Shown: one piece after another, positions 30,900-40,379 of the stretch
How the letters are laid out: every line of letters begins with the position of its first letter
Position numbering within the stretch: position 1 is the stretch's first letter
DNA from: Candidatus Woesearchaeota archaeon B3_Woes
GTDB lineage: Archaea > Nanobdellota > Nanobdellia > Woesearchaeales > B3-WOES
Length of the DNA stretch: 40,379 nucleotides
Reading direction: 5' to 3'
NCBI GenBank assembly: GCA_005222965.1
Contig: NJBG01000001.1
Location: 960,167 to 1,000,545, forward strand
The notes under the pieces: generated by a model
Told to the model about the DNA's origin: nothing
Seen by the model: only the letters and a program-made list of their open reading frames with translations
Databases searched by the model: none
Position numbers and translations under genes: made by a program

Positions 30900-32321
30900 A
30901 TGATTGTAGATTTTGGTGGAGAATTGGAAGAAGTAATTACTAGGGAAGAATTCCCTCTAGAGAAAGCAAGAAAAATTTACAAAGATGAAACAATTTCTTT
31001 CCTAGGTTATGGTTCACAAGGACCTGCCCAAAGTAAGAACGCAAGAAATCAGGGCTTCAAAGTTATTATTGGTCAAAGAAAATACGATGGGAAAAAAGTT
31101 TCAAAAAATTGGAAGAAAGCATTAGAAGATGGTTGGGAGCCTGGGAAAAATTTATTTTCTGATTTGAGAGAAGCTTCATCTAGGGGAGACACTGTGGCTA
31201 TGTTAACGTCAGATGCTTCTTCATATGAAGTTTGGCAAACCATATCTAATGGATTAGAAGAAGGAAATCTTCTTTATTTTTCACATGGAATGCCATTAAT
31301 TTTTGGAGGAATAACCCCTCCTAAAAATATTGATGTTGGTATGATTGCCCCTAAAGGTGCAGGTGCAGGCTTACGAGATATGTTCAAGAGGGGAACTGGA
31401 ACAAACGCAAGTTTTGCATTAGAACAAGATTTCACAGGCAATCTAAGAGATAGAGTATTAGCAATGGGGAGGGCTATTGGAACAGGATACGTTTTCGGAA
31501 ATACAATGGGTCTAGAAGTTGTCGAAGATCATCATGGTGAGAGAAATACTTTGCTTGCAAGTGCTGGTGCAGTTGCTCAATCAGCGTATATGCGAGCTTG
31601 TGCTTCTGGAATGAATAGACGTGATGCATTTATATATACTTCTGAACAATTGACACAAGTTATTTTACCTATTATTGGCGCAGAAGGTGCAAAAGGTATC
31701 TATGACAGAGCACAAGCAGCAGGAAAAGCACATATTGTTGCAGAAATGCAAAAAATAATTTCTGGTGCGACCGTAGACATAAATGATAATTTGTATAAAT
31801 CATGCTCTTCAGGGAATGAAGCTAGAATAGCATTAGAATCAAATAATTTACCAGGATATAGAGATCAATTAAAGGGAGAATTAGATAAGTTAAATACAAA
31901 AGATATTTGGAAAACTGGTTTCGATGTTAGGGGAATGAATATTGATAGAACATATGGTTTGAAAATTGAAAATTGGGAATTAACTGGTGCAATGCTTGGT
32001 CTAATAGATTCTCAATATGCATGCTTAACTAGTAATGGACATAGATTAAGCGCTTGCTTTAATGAAACTGTAGAAGAATTAACACAATGTTTAAATCCAA
32101 AATTCTATCAGGACTCTGGGTGTTCTGGATTGATAGGTGTTTGTTCAACTACTGCACAGAGAGGCGCTTTAGATTGGTTACCCCAATTTGAGAGAGTAAT
32201 TAGTGCAGCATGGCCTGAGAAAGTTGTTGGTTCAGACGTTCTACAAGGATATTCACCCACAAATGTTTGGACTGTCGGAGAAATTGTCAGAGGATTAAGA
32301 CCTGAGAACCAGGCAAAATGA
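30900..32321 (+). CDS. ilvC: Ketol-acid reductoisomerase, long form with duplicated C-terminal domain
   Basis: LGYGSQG, YFSHG, APKG, FNETVEELTQ, CSTTAQRGALDW, LRPEN; AGGAGG SD. Confidence 0.92.
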   Translation: MIVDFGGELEEVITREEFPLEKARKIYKDETISFLGYGSQGPAQSKNARNQGFKVIIGQRKYDGKKVSKNWKKALEDGWEPGKNLFSDLREASSRGDTVAMLTSDASSYEVWQTISNGLEEGNLLYFSHGMPLIFGGITPPKNIDVGMIAPKGAGAGLRDMFKRGTGTNASFALEQDFTGNLRDRVLAMGRAIGTGYVFGNTMGLEVVEDHHGERNTLLASAGAVAQSAYMRACASGMNRRDAFIYTSEQLTQVILPIIGAEGAKGIYDRAQAAGKAHIVAEMQKIISGATVDINDNLYKSCSSGNEARIALESNNLPGYRDQLKGELDKLNTKDIWKTGFDVRGMNIDRTYGLKIENWELTGAMLGLIDSQYACLTSNGHRLSACFNETVEELTQCLNPKFYQDSGCSGLIGVCSTTAQRGALDWLPQFERVISAAWPEKVVGSDVLQGYSPTNVWTVGEIVRGLRPENQAK

Positions 32322-32325
32322 TAAT

Positions 32326-32772
32326 ATGACATTAAATTGGAAAGATAATTCTAAACTCGCTAATGCATTATTATCCTCTATAAAAAAATATTCTTTAGAT
32401 TTCACTCTTGGGGAAACCCCAAACAATCCTATTTCTCCTAATGAATCTATTAATCTTTTGTATTATGGTAATCCTGCTATATTGTGTGAAGATTCTGGAG
32501 GAAGATTAATGTTCTATTCTCAACATGGAGAATCTGTTTTTGGGTATTCTACCGACGAGGCTATTGGGATGCAATCTGTTGATCTTGCTCCTGAGAGATT
32601 TAGAAAAGGTAGGGAACAATTATTCAAAGAAATTGTAGAAAAAGATGAAGCAAGAAATATAGAAACTATTAGAATACATAAATCGGGAAGAGAAATAAAA
32701 ATATCTGCACAAGTTTTTCCTTATGAAGTAGATGGAAAGAAAAGTATTGCGGCAATTGTTGAGAAAATTTAA
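32326..32772 (+). CDS. Stand-alone PAS domain protein
   Basis: ESVFGYSTDEAIGM...LAPE, ETIRIHKSGREI typical of PAS. Confidence 0.8.
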   Translation: MTLNWKDNSKLANALLSSIKKYSLDFTLGETPNNPISPNESINLLYYGNPAILCEDSGGRLMFYSQHGESVFGYSTDEAIGMQSVDLAPERFRKGREQLFKEIVEKDEARNIETIRIHKSGREIKISAQVFPYEVDGKKSIAAIVEKI

Positions 32773-32836
32773 TAAAAAATGTTCTGGTGTTTTTCTCCAT
32801 CACAAATCTTATAAAGAATCTGCTCACGCTAATCTT

Positions 32837-33409
32837 ATGACAACATTACATGCAATTATTGTGCCTACAGGAGATTTTAATTCAGATGTTAAAAGAGCTA
32901 AGCAAGGGGAAAGAGAAAAATCGCATCTAAAAGATAAGGGATATTATGTAATAAGTGGTGCTTTAGAAGAAATTTCTCATATAAGAGAGTCTCAAAGATA
33001 TTTGATTTATAAGAGATTGAGAAGAGGTGATGTAAAACCTTCCCAAATAAAAATAGAGGGGAAATCCCATGATACCTTGGAAAATGTTCTCTATTCACTC
33101 CAATTAATCAAAGAAAAAGGAGGTAGAGAAGTGGGTATTGTTTCTTATCCAGGGCATTTAGATAGATTTGATGATATAATTAAATATGGGCAGAAAAAGG
33201 GATGGATTGATCCTTCAGTTAGAATTCATAGAATAGAAACAGATGAAACAAATAAAGACAAGCTCTATGAGATTTTTGCGAATATTCTCAACAAATATAA
33301 ATTGAAAAAATTAGATCAGGGAAAATCTCCTGAACAAATAAGAAATGAATCTCTTGTTAGGAATATCAAGAAAATTAAAAATCATGTTCTTGGATTTTAT
33401 AAAACCTAA
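32837..33409 (+). CDS. YdcF/DUF218 family protein
   Basis: IIVPTG, VISG, EGKSHDTLENV, VSYPGHLDR; TATA at ~32809 favours ATG 32837. Confidence 0.75.
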   Translation: MTTLHAIIVPTGDFNSDVKRAKQGEREKSHLKDKGYYVISGALEEISHIRESQRYLIYKRLRRGDVKPSQIKIEGKSHDTLENVLYSLQLIKEKGGREVGIVSYPGHLDRFDDIIKYGQKKGWIDPSVRIHRIETDETNKDKLYEIFANILNKYKLKKLDQGKSPEQIRNESLVRNIKKIKNHVLGFYKT

Positions 33410-33472
33410 CAATCTTAACCTTTAAAAAAGAGTGAAACAAATAATTATATAATTAAAACAGAAATTAAAAAA

Positions 33473-33706
33473 ATGACTGTAAAAATCTATACAACACCAA
33501 CATGTCATTGGTGTGTTAAAGTTAAAGAGTTTTTCAAAGAAAACAATGTAGAGTTCACAGAAGTCAATGTTAGTGAAAACCAAGCTGCTGCAAAAGAAAT
33601 GGTTGAAAAATCCGGGCAGATGGGTGTGCCAGTTATAGATTTAAATGGTGAATTTATTGTTGGTTTTAATGAACCAAAATTAAGAGAACTCTTGAAGATA
33701 AAATAA
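33473..33706 (+). CDS. Glutaredoxin-like (NrdH-type) redoxin
   Basis: YTTPTCHWC, SGQMGVPV. Confidence 0.92.
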   Translation: MTVKIYTTPTCHWCVKVKEFFKENNVEFTEVNVSENQAAAKEMVEKSGQMGVPVIDLNGEFIVGFNEPKLRELLKIK

Positions 33707-33708
33707 AA

Positions 33709-34635
33709 ATGGAACAATATGATTTTATTATATTAGGTGCAGGGGGAACAGGTTTAGCGTCTGCTATGTATGCTGCTCGGCTTGGATTAAAAACACTTGT
33801 GCTTGGAGCAACACATGGATCTGAATTACCTATTGGAGGAGTTATAACAACAACAAATATTGTTGAAAATTATCCTGGCTTCAAAAGTATAGGTGGTGTA
33901 GAACTTGCTAAAAAGATTGAAGAACATGCAAGGACGTATGATCTCGTTGAAATAAAAAATGAAAAGGCAATAGAAGTAAAGAAAAAAGACGATGGTTTCA
34001 GAATTAAGACTGAAAAATCAGAATATGGAACAAAAACAGTTTTGTTTGCAACAGGAACAAAATGGAAAAAGCTTGAAGTTCCCGGAGCCAAGGAATTTGA
34101 AAACAAAGGTGTGAATTATTGTGCACTTTGTGATGGACCATTATTTAGAGATAAGGTCGTGGGGGTTGTTGGAGGTTCGGATTCTGCAGGAAAAGATGCA
34201 CTTGTATTGGCAGAACATGCTAGAAAAGTTTACATAATTTATAGGGGAAAACAAATACATCCAGAACCTGTTAATCTAGAGAAAATAAATGCAAATAAAA
34301 AAATAGAAATAATAAATAATTCAAATGTTAAAGAAGTTAAAGGAGACAAATTTGTTACAAGTGTTATTTTAGATACTGGAAAAGAACTTAAACTGGATGG
34401 AGTTTTTGTTGCAATAGGCCATGACATTTTATCAGAACTTGCAAAACCCCTTGAGGTTAAAACAAATGAAAAAGGGGAAATAATAATTAATCACCAAGAT
34501 TCTTCTACAAATGTGGCTGGAGTTTATGCTGCAGGAGATGTGACAGATAAACAATTTAAACAACTTATAACAGGCGTTGCAGATGGTTGTACTGCTGCTC
34601 ATTCTACATATGGGTATATTGCCAAAACTTTTTAA
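33709..34635 (+). CDS. trxB: Thioredoxin-disulfide reductase
   Basis: GAGGTG, ENYPG, ATG, CALCDG, VGGSDSA, YAAGD. Confidence 0.93.
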   Translation: MEQYDFIILGAGGTGLASAMYAARLGLKTLVLGATHGSELPIGGVITTTNIVENYPGFKSIGGVELAKKIEEHARTYDLVEIKNEKAIEVKKKDDGFRIKTEKSEYGTKTVLFATGTKWKKLEVPGAKEFENKGVNYCALCDGPLFRDKVVGVVGGSDSAGKDALVLAEHARKVYIIYRGKQIHPEPVNLEKINANKKIEIINNSNVKEVKGDKFVTSVILDTGKELKLDGVFVAIGHDILSELAKPLEVKTNEKGEIIINHQDSSTNVAGVYAAGDVTDKQFKQLITGVADGCTAAHSTYGYIAKTF

Positions 34636-34655
34636 ACTAACTTCTAAGATTTAAT

Positions 34656-34931
34656 ATGATGAAATCGCTTGTTAAAAAACTAGGTCTTGCGGTGCTTGTT
34701 ACCCTTAGCAGTGCAGGCGTTGTTGGAGGAGTAAGTAATGCATTCCAAGATGTGAAAAATATAGGGGAGATAAGAGCTCAGTCTGCTGAAGAAAAAAGAA
34801 AGTCTTTATTTTATTTGGGAATGGGTATGTTCTCTGTAGTCCCTCTTGGGGTCGGTCTTGGAATATATGCTGGAGATCTTGCAGACAAATATTTCAAAGA
34901 TAAAGGGAATAGAAATAATTATCAAATTTAA
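34656..34931 (+). CDS. Small membrane hypothetical protein
   Basis: Two hydrophobic Gly-rich segments. Confidence 0.6.
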   Translation: MMKSLVKKLGLAVLVTLSSAGVVGGVSNAFQDVKNIGEIRAQSAEEKRKSLFYLGMGMFSVVPLGVGLGIYAGDLADKYFKDKGNRNNYQI

Positions 34932-35034
34932 AATGAGTTTTAAGAAATATATTAAAAAGCACAGCATCTTTTGATAAATAAGGAGACATAAACTCTAACC
35001 AAAACCTTATAACTCCTTTTTCTGATAATTAATA

Positions 35035-36021
35035 ATGGTATTGAATTTTGAAAAAGAAAAACTAGTTACAGAGCTAAAAAAACTAAAACCAAAAAAAGTT
35101 TTAGTGCAACTTCCAGAAGGCATAAAGCAAAATGCAAGCGAGATTGCTGAAATTATTGAGAACCTTAATATTGAAGTTGTTTTTTCTGGTGAAACAGCTT
35201 GGGGTGGTTGTTGCATATCACCACAAGAAGCTAAAAATGTGGGTGCAGATCTTATAGTTCACTTTGGTCATGCAAAGTTTATTGATATTGATTTTCCAAT
35301 ATTATATATGGAAGTAAAAGATGAATTAAATTTACATCCTCTCTTACAAAAGTCTATTAAACATTTGAAGAACTTCAAAAAGATTGGGATTTCTTATTCA
35401 ATTCAACATAAACATGATATTGACAAAATAATAAGATTTTATGAAAACGAAGAGAAAAAAGTTATTTTGTCTGGGAAAAAAGGTCGTGTAAAATATGAAG
35501 GGCATATTGTTGGTTGTCAATATTCAGGATTAAAAGCTATTGAGAAAGATGTTGATTGTTTTGTTATAATTGGAAACCAATTTCATTCAATGGGTGCTGC
35601 AATAAGTGTTGAAAAACCAGTGGTGCTTGTTGATGTATATAATGATAAAATTAGAGATATGGATGGTGTTCGTGAAAAAATTCTAAAGCAAAGAGCCATT
35701 TCAATTCAAAAACTAAAAGATGCAAGAAATGTTGGAATAATACAAGAGGAAAAGTTAGGTCAACAATTTGGAACATCAGAGTATCTTGTTGATAAATTAA
35801 AAGAACAGGACAAAAATGTTATCTTAATAACAATGAATGAGCTTACTCCTGATAAACTAATGAATTTTTATAATATTGATTGTTTTATAGTGCTTGCATG
35901 TCCTAGAATCCCTATTGATGATTTTGCAAAATATGAAAAACCAATGGTAACTTTTAAAGAGGCATTGGTAGCACTTGGTATGAAATCCTGGGACGAAATC
36001 TTAAAAATTGGGATTATTTAA
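35035..36021 (+). CDS. dph2: Diphthamide biosynthesis enzyme Dph2
   Basis: VQLPEG, WGGCC, VHFGH, VGC, ACPRIPIDD. Confidence 0.95.
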   Translation: MVLNFEKEKLVTELKKLKPKKVLVQLPEGIKQNASEIAEIIENLNIEVVFSGETAWGGCCISPQEAKNVGADLIVHFGHAKFIDIDFPILYMEVKDELNLHPLLQKSIKHLKNFKKIGISYSIQHKHDIDKIIRFYENEEKKVILSGKKGRVKYEGHIVGCQYSGLKAIEKDVDCFVIIGNQFHSMGAAISVEKPVVLVDVYNDKIRDMDGVREKILKQRAISIQKLKDARNVGIIQEEKLGQQFGTSEYLVDKLKEQDKNVILITMNELTPDKLMNFYNIDCFIVLACPRIPIDDFAKYEKPMVTFKEALVALGMKSWDEILKIGII

Positions 36022-36158
36022 TTATAGAAATTTAAAAGAAATAGGGAGATATTAAAACAACGCGTCTCCTCGACAAACTTGAGGCAAAACAAATTCTCTA
36101 GAGAAAGCGAAGAGGAATGAATAATATTGTTGTGTTGAAGTAGAAAAGTATTTAAATC

Positions 36159-36190
36159 TATAAGTTTTATAATAATTATAAGTTTTATAA
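36159..36190 (+). promoter_or_regulatory. Direct repeat TATAAGTTTTATAA x2, candidate toxin-antitoxin operator
   Basis: Copies at 36159-36172 and 36177-36190 between TATA (36151) and ATG 36192. Confidence 0.55.
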
Positions 36191-36191
36191 A

Positions 36192-36398
36192 ATGGATCAC
36201 ACAACAATTGCCATAAGAAAAGATTTGAAAGAAAAGATTATGGAATTTGCAACTAAAAAAGAATCTTATTCAAATGTTATTGAGAGGCTACTCAAAAGTG
36301 CTGAACAAAGGCTCCTGCACGATGTTTTAATGTCAAAAGACGGGTGTGTAACAATTGAAGAAGCTATTGAAGAAGCAGAGAGAAAATGGCCGAAGTGA
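36192..36398 (+). CDS. Putative RHH-type antitoxin
   Basis: TTIAIRKDLK...ESYSNVIERLL pattern, acidic C-terminus, overlaps next gene. Confidence 0.65.
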   Translation: MDHTTIAIRKDLKEKIMEFATKKESYSNVIERLLKSAEQRLLHDVLMSKDGCVTIEEAIEEAERKWPK

Positions 36399-36724
36399 TA
36401 ATTACCGATGGTCTTAAGAATGATCTTCTAAAAAAATTCAAAGAAGAATCTAAAAAAATATTTAAGTTAATGTATTCTCTAAAAGAAAATCCCAAGAAGG
36501 GAAAAATAGTTGGAGAAGTTAGGGGAATAGTTATAGAAGAATTAAAATATAAAAAGTTCAGATTTTATTTCATAACAAACGGATTTGAAGTAAAATTTTT
36601 AGAAATAACAGATTTGCAAAATTTAGTGATTAAATTTGTAAAGATGTCTGACAAAAAAACACAGCAAAAGACGATTAATGAAATTAAAGATATCTTGAGA
36701 AAGTTCAGAGAAGAGGGATTTTAG
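36386..36724 (+). CDS. Putative RelE-like toxin
   Basis: Basic 112 aa; L.ENP.KGK, ELKYKKFRFYF. Confidence 0.55.
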   Translation: MAEVIITDGLKNDLLKKFKEESKKIFKLMYSLKENPKKGKIVGEVRGIVIEELKYKKFRFYFITNGFEVKFLEITDLQNLVIKFVKMSDKKTQQKTINEIKDILRKFREEGF

Positions 36725-36756
36725 TGGATAACATTTTGATTAAAAAGAGGAAAGAA

Positions 36757-37164
36757 ATGAAAAATAAAAATTTATTTTATTATTTTACAATACTCGTACT
36801 TTTCTTAGTTTTAGTTGGAGCGATTTTCATAAAACCAATACATACCCCTTATGGAGAAACAGATGTTAATGGCGCACTTATTTTAATGGAAAATGAAGAT
36901 CTTTTCGTCATCAATACACATACTCCTTATATTGGTGAAATAGATGGAACAGATTTAATTGCTGAAGACTGGGATAATATGATTTCTTATATAGATCAAT
37001 TACCAAAAGACAAAGAGACACCTATTCTTGTTTATTGCAGAAGTGGGAGAATGGCTGAAACATCTGCAGAACAACTTGCAGATTTAGGATATAATAATGT
37101 ATATAGTCTTGATGGTGGAATGAATGCATGGCAGGCAAGTGGAAGAAATCTCGTGCAAAAATAG
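36757..37164 (+). CDS. Membrane-anchored rhodanese-like protein
   Basis: N-terminal TM, VYCRSGRM, LDGGMNAW. Confidence 0.88.
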   Translation: MKNKNLFYYFTILVLFLVLVGAIFIKPIHTPYGETDVNGALILMENEDLFVINTHTPYIGEIDGTDLIAEDWDNMISYIDQLPKDKETPILVYCRSGRMAETSAEQLADLGYNNVYSLDGGMNAWQASGRNLVQK

Positions 37165-37183
37165 TTAATTAAAATCATAAAAA

Positions 37184-38194
37184 ATGAAACACAAACATGA
37201 AGCACATTGCGATCATTGTGAAACAGGTTCGAAAGTTAAGATAGGAAAAAAACTAAAGCTCTTCGGAAGTTTATTCATACTCGTTTTTGTACTTTCATTC
37301 TTGCCGATATTTGAAGCTTTGAATGAAAGTTTATTATCTTATCTAAAGATAATCTGGTGGGCTGTTTTGTTAGGTATATTTATTGGAGGGTTGATTGAAT
37401 ATTTTGTTCCCGAGGAATTTATATTTAAATGGCTTGGACAAAAGAAAAAGCGTTCTATATTTTATGCTGTTATTGCCGGATTTTTAATGTCTGCATGTTC
37501 ACATGGAATTCTTGCTATTTCAATGCAGCTCTACAAAAAAGGAGCTGGAATTCCACAAGTCATTACATTTTTACTTGCTTCACCATGGGCAAATCTTCCA
37601 ATAACAATATTATTATTTGGATTTTTTGGAGTTAAAGCATTATTCTTCGTATTTGCCGCAATGTTTATCGCTGTATCCACAGGGTTTGTTTATATGGGAC
37701 TAGAAAAAGTAGGTTGGATTGAGAAATCCTTGAAAATAAAAATAAATGAGAAATATGAATGGACCAATATTAAGAATTTTAATTTTAAGGAAAGTGTTGG
37801 TGGTGTTAGTAGAGGCATGATGAATCTCTCTAATATGGTTTTATGGTGGATATTAATAGGTATTACAATTGCAGCCATCATCGGAGCATATATACCAGAG
37901 CATTTATTTATGAGATTCATGGGCCCAACATTTCTTGGATTATTAGCAACTCTGCTTTTTGCAACAATTATAGAAGTTTGCAGTGAAGGAAGTTCACCCA
38001 TTGCATTTGAGATTTTCCAGAAAGTTGGAACATTTGGTAATCCATTTGTCTTCTTAATGGCGGGTGTTATTACAGATTATACAGAGATAGGATTGATTTG
38101 GAGTAATATTGGAAAGAAAGCTGCGATTTGGTTGCCAATAATTACAGTTCCCCTTGTATTAGCTTTTGGTGTGTTGTTTAATATTGTGTTGTAG
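37184..38194 (+). CDS. DUF318/ArsP-family permease
   Basis: ACSHG, FLLASP, VCSEGS motifs in two repeats; His/Cys-rich N-terminus. Confidence 0.85.
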   Translation: MKHKHEAHCDHCETGSKVKIGKKLKLFGSLFILVFVLSFLPIFEALNESLLSYLKIIWWAVLLGIFIGGLIEYFVPEEFIFKWLGQKKKRSIFYAVIAGFLMSACSHGILAISMQLYKKGAGIPQVITFLLASPWANLPITILLFGFFGVKALFFVFAAMFIAVSTGFVYMGLEKVGWIEKSLKIKINEKYEWTNIKNFNFKESVGGVSRGMMNLSNMVLWWILIGITIAAIIGAYIPEHLFMRFMGPTFLGLLATLLFATIIEVCSEGSSPIAFEIFQKVGTFGNPFVFLMAGVITDYTEIGLIWSNIGKKAAIWLPIITVPLVLAFGVLFNIVL

Positions 38195-38232
38195 GGATTT
38201 AAGGATTATCGACCACGTGTTAGTGGAGTCAA

Positions 38233-38925
38233 TTAATCTAAACTTTCCCACAAAGAATCGAACATAAATTTCTGGGTTTCATAGAAATTCTTTTCGTCTA
38301 TCAAAATCCCTATTGGTTCTTCTTTTTCCAAAGAAATCATTGCTATTTTTCCATTGTATAGCCATGTAGCTGTTTTTATGTCTTTTTTGATTAATTTATA
38401 TGGAACTGTCTTATCAACAGGTTGAGAATCACTTATTATTCTTGCCTTAATTTTATTTTTCTTCCTCCTATTTATAAAATTAGGAAAATAATATTCAAAC
38501 AATCGAAATATATGTCTTTTTGATACCATCACATCAAAAGATTTAGAATTTTTTAATATATCCTCAAATATTGACTTTAATCCATCTATTCCAGTATAAA
38601 CTTCTACATTAGGGCGTTTTCCAACACTTTCTGAAAGAGAATTTAATTCAGGCAGGATTTTCTTCATTAAAACTTCCTTTTCCTTTAGCATATCTATTAA
38701 TTTGTTGGGTGTAGTCGCCTGATAAAACTTTTTTCCTGATCGAATTGTATAACTAACAAATCCTTTTTTCTCCAAAGATTTTAATAAATCATAAGTAGAG
38801 GTTCTATTTAATTTGGCAAAATTAGCAATATTTTGAACTAAACTACTTCCTAATTGGAGATTTGCCAAATATACTTTAATTTCTTTATCACCCAATCCCA
38901 CTGATTTTAATATTTCTTCTTTCAT
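38233..38925 (-). CDS. TrmB family transcriptional regulator
   Basis: GLGDKEIKVYLANL, LNRTSTYDLLKSLEKKG, YTGIDG, FDSLW. Confidence 0.9.
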   Translation of the reverse strand: MKEEILKSVGLGDKEIKVYLANLQLGSSLVQNIANFAKLNRTSTYDLLKSLEKKGFVSYTIRSGKKFYQATTPNKLIDMLKEKEVLMKKILPELNSLSESVGKRPNVEVYTGIDGLKSIFEDILKNSKSFDVMVSKRHIFRLFEYYFPNFINRRKKNKIKARIISDSQPVDKTVPYKLIKKDIKTATWLYNGKIAMISLEKEEPIGILIDEKNFYETQKFMFDSLWESLD

Positions 38926-39035
38926 AGCATTTTAAGAAACATTCCTTATATAAATGTGTCGTTTATTTTCCACAACATATATTTATATGTTTATTGTTAA
39001 TGCGATTATTAGGTAAAAATGTTACGAATATAAAA

Positions 39036-39668
39036 ATGAAACATTTAAAATTGAGTCTATTTGGGGGAAAAGAAAAAGATTTTTCTGGATTAGAATTAGC
39101 TTTGAGAACAGATTCAACTGAATTGAAAGGTGTTCAAATTGGAGGAGTAAATTATGTTGAAAAGAAGGTTGAGGGGGTTCAAATTGGAGGTGTAAATGTT
39201 GTTGAAGGGGATGCTAATGGTGTTCAAGCAGGAGTTTTTAATTGTGCTGGAGAAGAAGTAAGAGGGGTTCAATCTGGTGTATGGGACTATACTCAATTTA
39301 TGAAGGGTGTTCAAATTGGAGGAATAAATTATGTTGAGAAGTATGTTAAGGGGGTTCAAGCAGGAGTTTTTAATATTGCTGGAGAAGAAGTAAATGGTGT
39401 TCAAGTTTCACAATTTCTTAATTGCGCTGAAAAAGTAAATGGTGTTCAAGTTTCACAATTTCTTAATTTGGCGGGGAAGGTAAATGGTGTTCAAGCAGGA
39501 ATAATTAATTTAGCTGGTGAAAAAATGCGTGGCGTTCAAATATCTGCATTATATAATATTTGCACAAGAGATAGCAGAGGTGTTCAAATTGGACTACTAA
39601 ACCATAGTTATGGTGCCCAATGGTATAAAAGATATCTTCCTTTGATTGCAATAAGAACTGGAAAATAG
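39036..39668 (+). CDS. Beta-helix repeat protein (LA_2272-like GVQxGxxN repeats)
   Basis: About 11 repeats of ~15 aa; start may be 39000. Confidence 0.75.
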   Translation: MKHLKLSLFGGKEKDFSGLELALRTDSTELKGVQIGGVNYVEKKVEGVQIGGVNVVEGDANGVQAGVFNCAGEEVRGVQSGVWDYTQFMKGVQIGGINYVEKYVKGVQAGVFNIAGEEVNGVQVSQFLNCAEKVNGVQVSQFLNLAGKVNGVQAGIINLAGEKMRGVQISALYNICTRDSRGVQIGLLNHSYGAQWYKRYLPLIAIRTGK

Positions 39669-39778
39669 CTAAAAACACTCTCTGAAATCACAAAATACTA
39701 ATACGCCCCGACCGAAGATATCACCTTCCTGTCCAATTAATAAGAATGCTTATTGAAAATTGTAGGGTCGCTATTTTA

Positions 39779-40379
39779 TTAATGTTGAATTTCAGGCAAC
39801 ATAATACATACTCCTGGTTTAGTAGATCTATATTCAGCTAACTTGCCCATTATCTTTTCTAAGGATTTAGCTCTAATGTTGCCCATTCTACCTCTTGAAA
39901 TATAGTGGTCTGGACAAATTTGCACATCTCCATTATTCTTAACAGTAAGTCCAAATGCATATAGTGCACATTGATTCTCAGGAGTACTGGATGGGGAGAA
40001 TAGTGTGTTGTGCTCTTTTTCTGCTAATGTTACTAATTCTTCATCAGGAGTTAATCTTCCTTCTCTATTACCTAACTCTTTCCATAATCCAAATTGGTTT
40101 GATGCCCATGTAACTGGTTTAACAGGTCTTACGACAAGAGGGAGATTATGTTTTTTACAATATGTAGATATGTTTCCAAGTTCTCCTTTATTTTCATGAG
40201 TAAGAACCATATTCGCTATAACCCTATAAACTTTATTGCCCTCAAACTCTTCTTCTGAATTTCTATAAACTTTAAGAGCAGATCTTAAGTTTTCTTGAAA
40301 TCTCTCAAAATTTTCTTTTACAGTATGATATCTACTTTTAAAGAACTCAGGATTAAATGAATCTAATTTTATACCTAAT
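39779..40379 (-). CDS. Radical SAM/SPASM-Twitch protein, C-terminal part (5' truncated by window edge)
   Basis: Frame open to window end (LGIKLDSFNPE...ANMVLTHEN); CALY...VKNNGDVQICP...GNI..SL...C; CxxxCxxC would lie outside the window. Confidence 0.7.
   Translation of the reverse strand, partial: LGIKLDSFNPEFFKSRYHTVKENFERFQENLRSALKVYRNSEEEFEGNKVYRVIANMVLTHENKGELGNISTYCKKHNLPLVVRPVKPVTWASNQFGLWKELGNREGRLTPDEELVTLAEKEHNTLFSPSSTPENQCALYAFGLTVKNNGDVQICPDHYISRGRMGNIRAKSLEKIMGKLAEYRSTKPGVCIMLPEIQH

Noticed and set aside
33473..38194. Arsenic-resistance operon (Grx, TrxR, rhodanese, ArsP-like permease)
   Set aside because: No arsC, acr3 or adjacent arsR; genes are interrupted by dph2 and the TA pair

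Overview
AT-rich archaeal chromosome window, most consistent with a DPANN (Woesearchaeota/Pacearchaeota-like) genome. The evidence is archaeal EF-1alpha, Rpo4, eL21, Dph2, Bud32, TATA/BRE promoters and a divergent archaeal 16S. Core content: bud32 (partial), a grpE-dnaK-dnaJ operon, metG, rpl21e-rpoF-DUF655, tuf-rps10-tRNA-Ser(GGA), a 16S-tRNA-Ala-23S operon without 5S, ilvC, glutaredoxin-trxB and dph2. Highlights: (1) three copies of the tRNA-Ser 3' end with attL / attP-like / attR geometry enclose two tiny integrase-less cargo cassettes (~2.5 kb and ~1.4 kb); (2) four bulge-helix-bulge-type introns lie in one rRNA operon (16S 790 loop, two in tRNA-Ala, 23S H89); (3) IlvC has a tandemly duplicated, subfunctionalised C-terminal domain on a Bacteroidetes/fungal-type scaffold; (4) a perfect palindrome sits between the chaperone operon promoter and grpE, opposite a wHTH gene; (5) a small-ORF / Trm112-methyltransferase / radical SAM cluster and an orphan PPDK-fold kinase. 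All calls come from reading the sequence by eye; no searches were run.
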